Shown one piece after another: positions 37,854-50,154 of a DNA stretch of 64,000 nucleotides; the first letter of the stretch is position 1; each line of letters opens with the position of its first letter. Both the position numbers and the translations under genes were made by a program. The DNA lies in contig OX597831.1 in the NCBI GenBank assembly GCA_951406725.2, forward strand, positions 56,234,001-56,298,000, read 5' to 3'. The notes under the pieces are model-generated. The model saw nothing but the letters and a program-made list of their open reading frames with translations. It had not been told where the DNA came from and ran no database searches. The DNA is from Octopus vulgaris. Taxonomy: Eukaryota.

Positions 37854-37901
37854 GTCTTACAGCTGTTTCCAGGATATTTATTATATCCCTTCATCGGAGA
37901 C
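37854..37901 (-). ncRNA. Minimal type I hammerhead ribozyme motif, sense to KTI12 pre-mRNA
   Basis: GTCT-CCGATGA-A-GGGATAT-AATAA-ATATCCT-G-GAAACAGCTGTA-AGAC: stem I, stem II, palindromic ACAGCTGT and a GTA cleavage triplet. Confidence 0.6.
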
Positions 37902-38373
37902 AGTGTGAGAGGATGGTCAAGAAACAGTTAATTTAGATAAGATATAAAATAGAGAGTGAGGTGGAGGAAATAAAAGAATATACTTTGATACTTTGATAGG
38001 TTTCGGCCATGTCTAACTTAATAGCACCACCTATAGATGTGAGATATGTAGGGATATTGCATATTTTCTTGCCTTTTGATTAAGATTATAAGGATTACAA
38101 ATAAAATAGTCATTTCCCCCTTTAAGAAAAAAATCAAGTTGAAAATGTCAGTCTGCAACAGTGACACTTCAAAGAGTCATCACAGCTACAGCTATCTGTC
38201 CTTTTTTCTTACTTTTTTTCCCTTTACTTAATCATTTATACAACTTTTTGGACTGAAAGATAGAAATTCTCTCTATATTTTTATGAGATAGTTTTTGAAT
38301 CATATATACTTGATCGTTTTTCTTTCTTTTTTTTTTTTTTTCTTAAAGGGGAAAATTACTATTTTATTTAAAA

Positions 38374-38886
38374 CTAGCAGTATCGCCCGGCATTGCTCGG
38401 GTTTGTAAGGGAAATAATTATATAAGCATTTTTAGAGAGTTACTTCCCTTATAGATGCCAATTCGGGCTTTCTTAGCCATTTCTGTTTTGGTGTCTTCAA
38501 GCCATGAAGTCGTTGTTCTAAAAGAACGCTGGTCTCCTTGACAACGCTTTACGACGTTGATTTCCTTACACTCCCTTCTCCACAGCTTCACGAGGGAGGG
38601 AAGAAGGGGGAGAAGCAAACAGGTGCAGGTGTGACCATGGACGCCAACTCCGCCGCCATCGACACACAAAAAATTATGCATTAAAATGGAATAAAAAATG
38701 ATGTTAAATTATTTTTAAAATCGTAGACTCATCGTAGACGCGCGCTAATACTCAGACAGGCTCGATATGAATCACGACTATAAGATACCCGATTTTGGTT
38801 AAACTGCACCGCAAAATGTGGGAGTAGTTAGGAATCTAAATCGAAGGGGACAGACACTCACACAACTACAGTTTTATATATATAGA
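38374..38886 (-). mobile_element. Non-autonomous Helitron, near-identical to 29961-30476
   Basis: Reverse complement of the first copy with only scattered substitutions. TC...CTAG ends at an A^T site. Confidence 0.9.
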
Positions 38887-38949
38887 TAAAACATTAATCT
38901 TTATCATCTTAATCAAAAGGTAGAAAAACAGACAGAGAGATTATCACTT

Positions 38950-39535
38950 TATAGACAATGATCAGTTGCAATGGGAGGAGTTGAATCTCATAAGAATGGA
39001 AAAACAAGCAGCAAATGGGTTGTAGCTCATAATGAAACTCTTTGAAGAGCATTCAAATGCCACTGCAACGTTGAAATCGTTGCCTCGGTGAGGTCAATTA
39101 AGTACATCATCAAGTACACACTGAAAGGTAATGACCAAGCTGCTAAACAAATAAACAATGATAACAAAATTAGTCAATATCTAATGGGTAGGTATATTGG
39201 ACCATCCAAAGCAGTTGCATCCATTTCAATTCATTTCAATTCATGAAAGAGCACCTGCAATAGTGAAACTGCAAGTTCCAGATGAACAAAGGATATTGCT
39301 CAGAAATAGTGAGGATATACAGAGCTGTCAATGAATGACATATGAGAACAACACTGACAGAATTCTTTTCATTGTGCACCAATGATGACTTTGCAAAAAC
39401 ATTACTTAATGCTGAAGTACCCATGTATTTCACTTGCAATAGTAACAAAGAATAGCAAAGAACAAAGCAAGGACAAAAAGTTGAAGGCCATTTGCATGTT
39501 TTCAAAGAATAAACACGTGGGCGTGTTTATGTTAT
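38950..39535 (+). mobile_element. Helitron Rep/helicase coding relic
   Basis: From 39016: WVVAHNETL*RAFKCHCNVEIVASVRSIKYIIKYTLKGNDQA...ISQYLMGRYIGP, then TTLTEFFSLCTNDDFAKTLL.EVPMYFT. Includes the Rep KYxxKY catalytic-tyrosine motif. Confidence 0.88.
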
Positions 39536-39707
39536 TGCACTAAAGACAGAACTATTATTTAAGAATTTTATAACATAATGTTCGAAATAGTATAATAGTA
39601 TTTTTTCATTTGCCACCACACATCGACATTTTGAACTTGGAGTGGTTGTGACCCAATGGGTCATGCGTACATCTAGTGTATATTCACATATATACTTGCA
39701 CATATAC

Positions 39708-39744
<37 letters not shown>

Positions 39745-40009
39745 CCTACATAAATATACATATATACATACATATATATAGGTGGTGCTATTAAGTTAGA
39801 CATGGCCTGGGCCAATAATGGCCGAAACCTATCAAAGTATCAAAGTATCAAAGTATATATATACACACACACATAAATATATATATATAAACACATACAC
39901 ATATACATACATATATACATATATATAAATACACAAATATACATATATCACCATCATTGTCATTTAGCATTGCTTTCCATGCTGGCATGGGTTTACACAC
40001 ACACACACA

Positions 40010-40505
40010 GAGAGGGTGCAGTGAATAAACTCTTGTCTAAATTATCAAAAATGAAAGTAACACTGACATATCATTTTAACGCATATATTTACCAAAATTA
40101 CATATAAATATCTTGAAATACTAAAGAGTAAATAAAATTGCCATTGACTTCAACCATGGCCTTCAGATGACTTCAGAATCTCCTGCAACTCTTCTGGATG
40201 GTCTCCTTGTTTAAGTTGGTGAATGCTGCCGTAATCCTTGCCTTCAGTTAATCTTTCATGTTACAAGGAGTTTTGTTGGTCTCTTGCTCAACTGTGCCCC
40301 ACACATAATAATCAAGGGGGTTGCAGTCTGGGGAATTAGGTGGCCAGATGTTAGGGATGATGTGGTCACAGAAATTGTTTGACAGCCATGACTGGGTTCT
40401 TCTGCTTCTGTGGCATAGTGCAGAGTCCTGTTGCTAGACAAAGGCTCTTAAGCAGACACCCACTTCACCCAGAGAGGTACTACCTCCTCCAGGCACTTGA
40501 TGTAG
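40010..40505 (-). mobile_element. Tc1/mariner superfamily DD37D (maT-type) transposase 3' fragment
   Basis: QQDSALCH...WPPNSPDCNPLDYYVWG with 37 residues between the second and third catalytic Asp. Contains stops. Confidence 0.85.
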
Positions 40506-40575
40506 ACATGGCCTGGGCCAATACTGACTGACACTTATCAAAGTATATAGATGTATATACATTTACATAATATAC

Positions 40576-40611
<36 letters not shown>

Positions 40612-41652
40612 CATTCTTCTTAATCCTTTTTGTACTTTGTGGAGCATAGGGCCTCAACAGTTGTTTTCCACTTTTTTTGGTCATTGGCGTGTTTCTTGGC
40701 TGCTTCCCATGTCAGGCCAGTGGTGCTGAGCTCGTCCAAAATGCTCCACTTTCATGTCTGCTACGGGCAATTTTTTGCCAACACAAACACATACTCACAA
40801 AAACACAAAACAGGCTAGGTTTTGTTTTCACCATTTGACTAGCACTCAAGGATAACCACTCTCAGTGTCTTCTCTGGCATATTCAGAGTTAACTTATCCA
40901 AAGAATGCAAGCATAGCTGTTTTGTTTTCTGATATATTTAGGACCAACTTATCCAGCAGGAATGTGCCATTAAGAAGTCTGTTTTTGCTTTGCAACTACA
41001 TGTTCTCAGGTTCAATCCCACTCATGGTATCTTGGGCAAGTGTTTTCTACAACATCATCAGTGTAACTAATACATTTTAAGTAAAATTGCAAGACAGAAA
41101 CTGCACAGAAACCCATTATATACATGTATAGAGTGTCTGTGTTTATGTGCTAAACTTAAAGGGTACAGCAATTGGACTTGAAAATAAGTACTGAGATACT
41201 ATGATTGACTAAAACTCTTAAAGGCAATATCCCTGCATGATTATAATCCAATAACTGAAACATGTAAAAGAAAAAGAATATATCCATCATCCATATTTAA
41301 CTCTATTTATACCAATCTCCTGAGACAATCAAAATGTCACATTAATTTGTTCCAAATATCAGCTTAATAATGACAGTCATTTCACTAAATTCTTCGTTAT
41401 TTTCAAATTAATTAAAACAATGGAAGTATATTTCAACAGAAATATGGTAATAAATAGGTTAAGAGAGTAAGGTGAATTTTGAAGATCTGACTGCTCTTCA
41501 CAGAGACCTTTAATTTGCAATGTTAAGTTCAAAATAAACAATAGATAGCTGTTCCTATTCAGCACAACTTCCGTACTAAGCAGAATACAACTTAGAGGCA
41601 GGGATATATATGATACACTAGTTGGCTATTTTTCTCTGATCAATATATAGTG

Positions 41653-42408
41653 GAATTCTGGTTTAAGCACTCCATATAACCCTGCCATAGCTTTATTATT
41701 TTTTGAAATTTTCAAAATTTTTTTGTCGAATTTATATTCTACAGACAGGAATCCATGATTATGCAAAAAAAAAAAATATTTTGTGTGTGTGCATGTGATT
41801 TAGGGGCAATTTAGCTGTCATTTTTAGCACATCTCATGACCACCTGATACTTTCCTCATTTCTTTGTTACTCTGACATGTATTAATGTTTTTCAAAATTT
41901 TTCTCCCCATAAACACATTTAGTGTAACAATAATGCACCCGAGGGTGGTCCATTGCTGGGATTTAAGCAAAAAGTTCAGACTCTGCATTTTAAACTGATT
42001 TATAAAAAAAAATTTCAAGAGTGGAATTTATGGAAGTGGATGTTAGAAAGTACAAAAAATTTTTTTTTTTCCATAACAATATGAATTCCTGTGAGTAAAA
42101 CATAAATTCACAAAATTTTCTGAAAATTCCAAATAATAGAAAAGTTACAAGGGGTTATATGGGGTGCTTAACCCTTTAGCATTCAGATTACTCTGCCAAA
42201 TATAATGCTTATTTCTTCATATTACTTTGAATTAACCATACATTATCTTGTAGCTTCGAGATTTCAATGGTGTGTTTGCTTAGTTTTAGAATGACATTGT
42301 AGGGTAAGGTGTAAGGAGCTGGATTTTGCCAGTTTGAACATAAAACAGTTGGAATATTAAGCCAGATATAGCCAGTTTAATAAACACTAAAAAGTTAAAC
42401 CAGAATTC
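41653..42408. mobile_element. Long-TIR non-autonomous element with a piggyBac-type MITE (42172-42394) inserted in its right TIR
   Basis: GAATTCTGGTTTAAGCAC.CCATATAACCC is mirrored at the right end, where the TTAA is duplicated around the MITE. Confidence 0.82.
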
Positions 42409-42613
42409 TGACCAATATATATATATATATATATATACCCCACTTTGATCTCAAGTGGAAAAATCTGATGTAGAATATCTTACTGAAATAGTTACCTTCA
42501 ACACTTACTCACATTATGGAAATCAATATACAACTCAGATTTTTTCCCCATCTCAGCTGATTCACATGAATGAATGTTGCCAGTAATAATTATATTAATT
42601 ATATTATGTAATA

Positions 42614-42916
42614 CAGAGATTCCCAACATGGGGCATAAGCCCCACTGGCAGAGCCCACGAAAATTGAGGTGGAGTGTAGTGCCATGCAGTCACCAAGTGC
42701 AAGGTTCTCATTAAAGTGATTCACTTTTTCGTTAGTCAATAGTGTACTTTTTTTGTACTCAGTATTTAATAAAAGAGTTACTGGTAGATTCTTTTGTATT
42801 AAATAATTGTGATAAAATATTTAAAATAAAGTTGTTTTTTCCCAAACACCAGTGGGGCTTACATTTTTCTGGAAAGTTATAGTGGGGTCTAGAGGAAAAT
42901 ATGTTGGGAAACACTG
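42614..42916 (+). mobile_element. hAT (Buster/Charlie-like) short deletion derivative
   Basis: CAGAGATTCCCAACAT...ATGTTGGGAAACACTG TIRs, 8-bp near-TSD ATGTAATA/ATCTAATG, retains HQVQGSH*. Shares its 3' part with 47379-47922. Confidence 0.8.
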
Positions 42917-43958
42917 ATCTAATGGAACTCTTTTTACAGGTTTGGATTAAGATTCTGGAATCAGATTAATCGACAAGGTGCACAGCTTGGAATTTCCAGG
43001 TTGAGCCACTGCTTCTCTGCACTGAAAGGTCACAGTTCCAGTACTATAGACATGTGATTAGAATGTCACAGGAAAGAATCGCGAGATGGATTCTTCAAGC
43101 TGAGCTAACTGGCAGGAAACCTAAGGGTAGACCAAGAATGAGATGGTTGGATAATATCCATAGTCTCAGTTGATCACACTCGAGAATCCAGCCAGAAATG
43201 ACAGTTGCTTCTGATAGGACCCCATGGAGGACATGCCTGAAGATTCTACCGCCATGACCCCTCATAGAAATAGTGAACAGAGAAGATGAATGGATAGTCT
43301 AATATTGATGCAATCTACCTGAAGTCCTTATTTCCTGATAAGGTAATTCAAATGAGCCAAAGAGAGAGCCTCTTTTCAATCATTCTCTACTTGCTAAAAA
43401 TAGCAGTCAGATCTCCCTACTATTATAAAGAAAAAGAGCTAATTGAATAATGTTGTCTAAAATACAATGTGGCTGATGATAGGTGAGCATGATTAAACCT
43501 GACCTGGAGTTAAACAAGTAATTTAAATGTTATGATATTTCTTATGCTTGTATCTGTTGCACTGCACTGTCTGTACAGTAAAAAACTTTTACTTTCTTTT
43601 TTATGTCAAACAACAAAATTTATTTTCCAATTAGTTCAGCAATTGGAGAGATTACAATTACCAACAGCTTAGTTTTTAGCTATTTAGTTCAACCTACAAA
43701 CTGATTTCTTTTGATCAGGCATATGGTTAGTCTTTAGTGGAAAAGTTATAGTCAATTTACTCAAATAAAGTATATTATTGTTGGTTCACATTTTATTAAG
43801 TCTAGAGTGATAAAGAGGAAATTAACTCCAGCAATATCTGATCTTAGAAAGATGAAATACAGAGATATAATGATGTAAAGCATTCAGTCCAACTAACATA
43901 CCACTAACCCAGTCAACTCAATTGTTCTCCAAGCCATAAAAGTCAACTTTTAAGTTAA

Positions 43959-44169
43959 CCCTTTAGCATTTAAACCAGCTAATTCTGGCCCAAATATTCT
44001 ACTTGTTTTATGTTTAAACTAGCCAGATCTGGCCTCTCACACAATGTCATTCTCAAAATAAACAATCACACTATCAAAATCTTGAAACTGCGAGATAGTA
44101 CATGATCAATTGAAAACAATCTAGATAAATATGTATTATATTTTACAGTGTAATCTGAATGCTAAAGAG
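43959..44169 (+). mobile_element. piggyBac-type MITE
   Basis: TTAACCCTTTAGCATTTAAA start and family-typical body. Confidence 0.82.
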
Positions 44170-45259
44170 TATTTTTTCCACAAGAGCTGCTATTTTCTTT
44201 AACTAAAATCATCATTGTCATCACAATCATCACAACCACTGCCACCACTATCATTACCATCACCATCATTACTTTTACATCTACTTTTCCCATACTGATA
44301 TTGACTGGGCAAGACTCAATTGTGACAGTATTCAATGGCCAGATGCCTTTCCTGATACTAACTCTTGCCTTTCAAGTAAGGTATTTTATTTCATGATATC
44401 AAACGAACTGCCAAATGAGTTGTCAGACTTATTATCAGGCATAAACATTATTGCAGCTAGCTGAATGATGTCAATGCTAAGAGACAGATATAAGCACATA
44501 GAAACACATGCATATTACCAAAGGCCTCCATACAGTTGCCATCAGCCCAAATTTCACAGAGAAGAATGCTCAACGCAAGGCTATAATAGATGATACATGC
44601 ACAAAATGTCACATTTTTCATGATATAATAGCTTACTTGAAAACAGGTATGGGTAGGCAACAGGAAGGGCATCCAGTTGTAAAATGCTGCCTCAAAACTC
44701 TCATCCATCCCATACTAGCATGGAAAAACAGATGTGAAATACTATTAAAAAGTAAATGTTCTGTGTTTGAGCTCACTGCACAGCACTATAGACAAGTGTC
44801 TTCTAGGCCAACCAATGCCTTATGAGTGAATTTGATAGACAGAAACTTTGTGAAAGACCATCATATGAGTGTGTGTCTTTTCATCTCTGTTTGAGTCTAC
44901 CCACCCCACTTCACAACTGATACTGGTTTGTTTACATCCTTGTAAGCTAATGATTCAGCAAAAGAGACCGACAGAATAAGTACCAGGCTTAGAAATAAGT
45001 ACTGGGGTCAATTTACTCATCTATAAACCCTTCAATGAGGTGCTTCAGCATGGCCACAGTGACTGAAACTAAAGATATTGACAACTTATTACTGGGATAT
45101 ATGTATTTTTTCCAGTTTCAAAAACTTGTTTGATTGAAGCAATCCGCATCTTTGTTCTTGCTATTAATTTTTTTACATGGAACCACAAAAATTAAAATTT
45201 GTACTTTAAGTGAACTATTTTGCTAACCAACAGGAGTTAAAAAGAAATACACTACTCAC

Positions 45260-45312
45260 CTTTAGTGTAGTTCATAGCATCAAGTATGGTAACATATTCC
45301 TTAGAAATAGAT
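45260..45312 (-). CDS. KTI12: KTI12 exon (Walker-B-like DxxNYxKG)
   Basis: tatttAG acceptor, GTGAGT donor. SISKEYVTILDAMNYTK(G) versus conserved 'LSRHDVVILDSLNYIKG'. Phase-compatible. Confidence 0.92.
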
Positions 45313-45382
45313 CTAAATAAAAATATAAAAATAAGAGCAATTTTAGTTCAGGACAATAAGAAAGGGTTACAGAAAAATGTTA

Positions 45383-46667
45383 TCAGGTCATTAAGAATGA
45401 AATGTCTGATTTTCTTATGCACCAAGTTTGACAGTTGTTAACTCTAATGTTTTATCCCGATAATTCTTTGTCTTGCAACATTGAAAGGTTACATCATCAC
45501 TTTTTGAAATGCAATTCATGGTGTCTGATTATAGTGTGAGTTTTCTCTTGTAAATCAATTTTTGTGAACCGATAGATTGATCAAAAATTCACATTGTCTA
45601 TGAATATAAGTTCTGTCATGGAACCAATATATCCCAGACAGCTCAAAACATCAATGAGGTGTTTGACGATGATGTGGTGAATGAGTGCACTGTATGTTGA
45701 TGGTTCGAGAAGTTCCGGTCTGGTGACTTTACACTCTTGAAAATCAGCCCTGTGGTAGACCTGAGACTAAGGTGGATAATGATGAGCTGGAAACTCACCA
45801 TTATCTCATATATGTCTCAAACTAGGTATGAGTTAGCAGCAAGGGTTGATGTTTCCATTCCAACTGTATTGGACCATCTGAAACAAATCGGCAAGGTAAA
45901 GAAGCTGGATAAGTGGGTACCAAACAAACTGAATGAGCATCAAATGACATGTCATCTTGAAACTTGCTGTTCTTTGCTGTCACGGCATAAAAGCAAACCA
46001 TTTTTGCATCGTATTGTTGTGTGTGGTGAAAAATGGATTCTTTTCAACAATAGCAAGTGTTCTGCACAGTGGTTGGATAGAGATGAAATGCCAAAACACA
46101 ATCTAAAAAAGAATATTCATCAAAAAAAGCTAAGGGTGTGTTTGGTGATCCAGCACTGGTATCATCCGCTACAGCTTCATGAAACCTGATAAGCCAACTA
46201 CAACGGATGTATATATCAATCAATTGGATGAAATGATAAGTGAACTTGCAATTAAACAACTGAGATTGGTCAATAGAGACAGGCCAATTCTCTTGCAAGA
46301 CAATGCTTGACCACATGTTGCACAAAGAACGCTACTCAAGTTACAGGAAGTGGACTTGGAAGTACTCTGTCATTCACCATATTCATCAGACCTTGTACCA
46401 ACTGACTGTCATGATTTCCAGTCATTAGTCAACTTTGTGCAAGGAAAAAACTTCAAATCTGAAGAAGATGCAAAAACAGCCTTTTGTAATTTGATTACCT
46501 CTTGCTCTCCAGAATTTCTTGCTGCCAGCATAAATAAGCTACCGATAAAATGGCAAAACTGTGTTGTTTAATTTAAGTGCATACTTTGATTAACTTTTGC
46601 TTTTTGTTGAGATAAAGTAAAATAAACTTTCTGTTCAAAATCGGACATTTCATTTTTAATGACCTGA
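45383..46667 (+). mobile_element. Full-length defective mariner (Hsmar1/cecropia-like), 1285 bp
   Basis: TIR TCAGGTCATTAA.AATGAAATGTC, TA duplication. Frameshifted transposase with KVKKLDKWVPNKL, IVVCGEKWILF, LQDNA and HSPYSSDLVPTDCH. Confidence 0.95.
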
Positions 46668-47378
46668 TAGAAACAGAAACAAATAAAAAATAGTGATATT
46701 TCAGCTAATAATTTTGCAACTACTCAGAATAATTATTTCATGATTCAGTAAAATATATCAAAATAGCAATTTTAATCTTTTTATCTTTTATTATTTAAAT
46801 GTTTCTGTCACTGGACTGCAGCTATGCTGGGGTGCAACTTTGAAAGCTTTAGTAAAACAAATTGACCCTAGTACTTTTTTTTTTTTTTAAAGTCTGGTAC
46901 TATATTCTGTTAGTGTCTTTTGCTAACCACTAAGCCACAGGAATGTAAACAACCAAGACCAGTTGTTAAGTGGTGAGGAACAAATTTAAAATACACACAC
47001 ACACATATGGGCCCCCACATAGTTTCCAATCTACCAAATTCAACCAAAGCTATAGTAGCAGACACTAACCTAAGGTGCAGAACAGTGGGACAACTTGAAA
47101 CCATGTGCTTGCAAATTAAACTTCTTAATCACATAGCCATACCTGTCCCTATTTATACAAAATCAAAAGGACTTTTAAATCAATAAAAAAAAATGTCTTG
47201 TTTCTCAGTGATAAACCAGCAAATGAAATAGCATTATGCCAAAAGTCTGAAAACTGCTAACTTTTATTGTTGTAGTAATTATCCAAAGAATAAAGGTAGT
47301 TATTAAAAAAAAAAATAAAGGATTTCACATCTATAGAGTCATGCAAAGTAATGCTTAGCTACACTGTAGTGTCTTGTA

Positions 47379-47922
47379 CAATGTTTCCCAACCTATTTTC
47401 CCCTAGGTCCCACTATAGCATTCCAGAAAAAATGAATGCCCCACCATAGTTGGAAAAAACAAATTTATTTTTAATACTTTATCACAATTATTTAATACAA
47501 AAGAATATACTGCTAACTCTTTTATAAAGTACTGAATAAAAAAAAAAGTACATTATTGACCTTGTGCCTGGTGACTACTGTTGTAGTCACCAGGCACAAG
47601 GTCAATTTCCTTGATTTGAGGAGACAATTTTGTTAGCTTCAGCTGTAAATCACCATGTTTTGTAATTTCAAGACTGCTTCTCTTGGCTTCAAGCAAATTG
47701 TCATCAGCATTAAAGACACACTCAACCAAATAAGGCATAGGGAAATGATTCAAAATATCCTTTGCTGAAATGGCAGTACTAGGGTATTTCCTTTCAACCT
47801 CACTACATAGCCACATCTTAGTACCTTTTATTTTAAACAAAATATTCGCTAATTTTTTTGTATTAAATAATGGATCCTATGCTCCACCACAATTTTCCCA
47901 AGCCCCGCGTTGGAAATCAATG
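47379..47922 (-). mobile_element. hAT (Buster/Charlie-like) deletion derivative
   Basis: TIR CAATGTTTCCCAAC, 8-bp TSD GTCTTGTA/GTCTAGTA. Encodes a dimerisation-domain relic FPMPYLVECVF...GDLQLKLTKLSPQI...HQAQG. Confidence 0.88.
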
Positions 47923-48415
47923 GTCTAGTAGGTGACAGGTCACAGTCTTGAAAAGGGAGGAACACACAGGATAATGTAGTTTTAGATAGGATAATACAAC
48001 CTCTACATATGCACTAGAGAAAGTATAGCCTTGGCTAAGATACTTTTCGTAATAGATCTACCCAGTCAGTGCTGACTAGACTCTAAATGACAACAATAAC
48101 AAATAAATATGGTGATAGTAGGACAAGCCTGCTAGTTATTCTATCAACCTTTATTGAATGACTGAGATCATTTATGGAGTTTAGGGAGTTACTACCAGAA
48201 GAAATTTGCTTTGGTTAATATCAAGCACAAATACTGACAATATGAAGCAGAAACAATCACACACACACATGCCTGTGTGGTTAGGGAGTTTGCTTCACAA
48301 TACATGGTTTAATCCTGCAGGGTTCCACCTTGGGCAAATGTCTCCTACTACAGATTCACATTGAAGAATGCATTCAAATTTGCTATAAGAAACTGTACAG
48401 AAGACAGAGAGAGAG

Positions 48416-48449
<34 letters not shown>

Positions 48450-49624
48450 TCTCTCTCTCTCTCTCTCTCTCCCCATCCCAATACCTTCATCAGTTTTTGC
48501 TTTGACACTGGTAGCAGTGGTATTGTTCATGCCCTACATAAGCAAAAGAAATTCACGAGCTTCTCAGCAGTTCATGTGAAGTTGTGGAATAAAGTACAAG
48601 AATCCCACGTCTTATGGAAGTAGTGCATTCCTGAAAATGTTGCCATAATGCAAAATCCAATATCAAGAAATTTTCTCCCAGATTTTCATGTTGTAAAGAC
48701 TTTTTGCAGAAAGAAAAGAAGAAGCAATTTGGTTGCTTTTATGCATAACAATAACAATTTTTAGACACACAATATAGTTTGTATACACAAGGCATTTGAA
48801 GAGAAATGCATTAGGAAATAAATATGATTCGCAATATTGTAATAGAATAAGCTCTAACTACAAAAGACATTGGCTATCATGTAAGGGGTGGGGTATGAGA
48901 GTTACTGGGAAGATGAGGAATTAGTCATTATCCTCATCTATAAGTTAGTCGTTAGTCATTATTGTCTTCTATAAGCACCAACCCTTTAGCAATATTGTTT
49001 GCAGTCAAATTAAACAGAGTTGGTAGAGTTTTCATATATTCATCTATTTTCAGCTTGCTCTTGTTCCTACAGTATTTGCTCATCATTAGATAATTTTTTT
49101 ATTTTATGAGACACAAGCAATACCACCACATCATCCTCTATGACTTTAACCCCAACATCATTTACAATCATCAACATAACCCTTCTGAATCTGATGCAGA
49201 CTTTCTGCTATGAAACATATGGTAATTCCACCAACTCCACTTAAATTGACTGCAAAACATATTGCAAAAGGGTTCACACTTATGAAGGAAGGTCTGCAAT
49301 TTTTTGCTAGCAACCCCTAATCATGAATGTAATATAAAAATCACAAGGAGTTAGCAATGAGTTTAGTTCTTACTCTGAGCTATACAAAAAGAAATGATGT
49401 GCCACAAATATTAAACAATTTTGGATCAGTTCTGCGTCCCTCAAGTAGGTATTGATGATGAGGAACTCTAAAATAGAAGGCAGTGTCCTTCATTCTTGTA
49501 ATACTCTTAATTCCACCACTACCACACCTCACAGAGTAGTTAGCATCTTATGTGGTAAGAACATACTATATTGCAGTATTATTATTCTCTTTTATTCCTT
49601 ATTTCTTTACAAATGTTTTATGTA

Positions 49625-49846
49625 TACAAGGGGCAGCTGAAAAGTTCCTGGCTTTAAGGGTAGTGCAAAAGGCATGGTTGGAGGCCCAACCTTCCGAGTT
49701 CATTCACAGAGTTTAGAAAAACTGAAAGACTGCTGCAGTAAGTGTGTGAATCTGAGAGTGGAATATGTTGAATAAAATCATAATTAATTGATCCTCCAGT
49801 ATTTTCTTTTATCAAAAGCCAGGAACTTTTCAGCACCCCACTCATA
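49625..49846 (+). mobile_element. Mariner-derived MITE
   Basis: TIR core GCTGAAAAGTTCCTGGCTTT and its reverse complement. Retains the transposase C-terminus LEKLKDCCSKCVNLRVEYVE*. Confidence 0.82.
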
Positions 49847-49933
49847 CATATTGTACTGGGTAAATTTCAAAGTTGCTATTTTCAAACATAAAAAGTAGTC
49901 ATGTTGATTGTTTTTATGAGATATTTTTTTTAA

Positions 49934-50154
49934 CCCTTTAGCATTTAAACCGGCCATATCCGGCCAAAAGTATTCTGCCTGTTTTATGTTCAAACTGGCC
50001 AGATCTGGTCTCTCACACCAACCCTACAATATCGTTTTAAAAATTAACAGCTACCTCATTAAAATCTAATAGCTACAAGATAATGCAGGATTAGTTCAAA
50101 ACAATGCAGATAAAGAAGCATTAATTTTGGCAGAATAATGTGAACACTAAAGGG
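49934..50154 (+). mobile_element. piggyBac-type MITE
   Basis: TTAA flanks, CCCTTTAG termini. Confidence 0.9.

Noticed and set aside
41500-41590. Minus-strand ...LQIKG resembling the KTI12 NYIKG exon
   Set aside because: No matching DxxNY motif or good splice sites. The true exon is 45260-45312.
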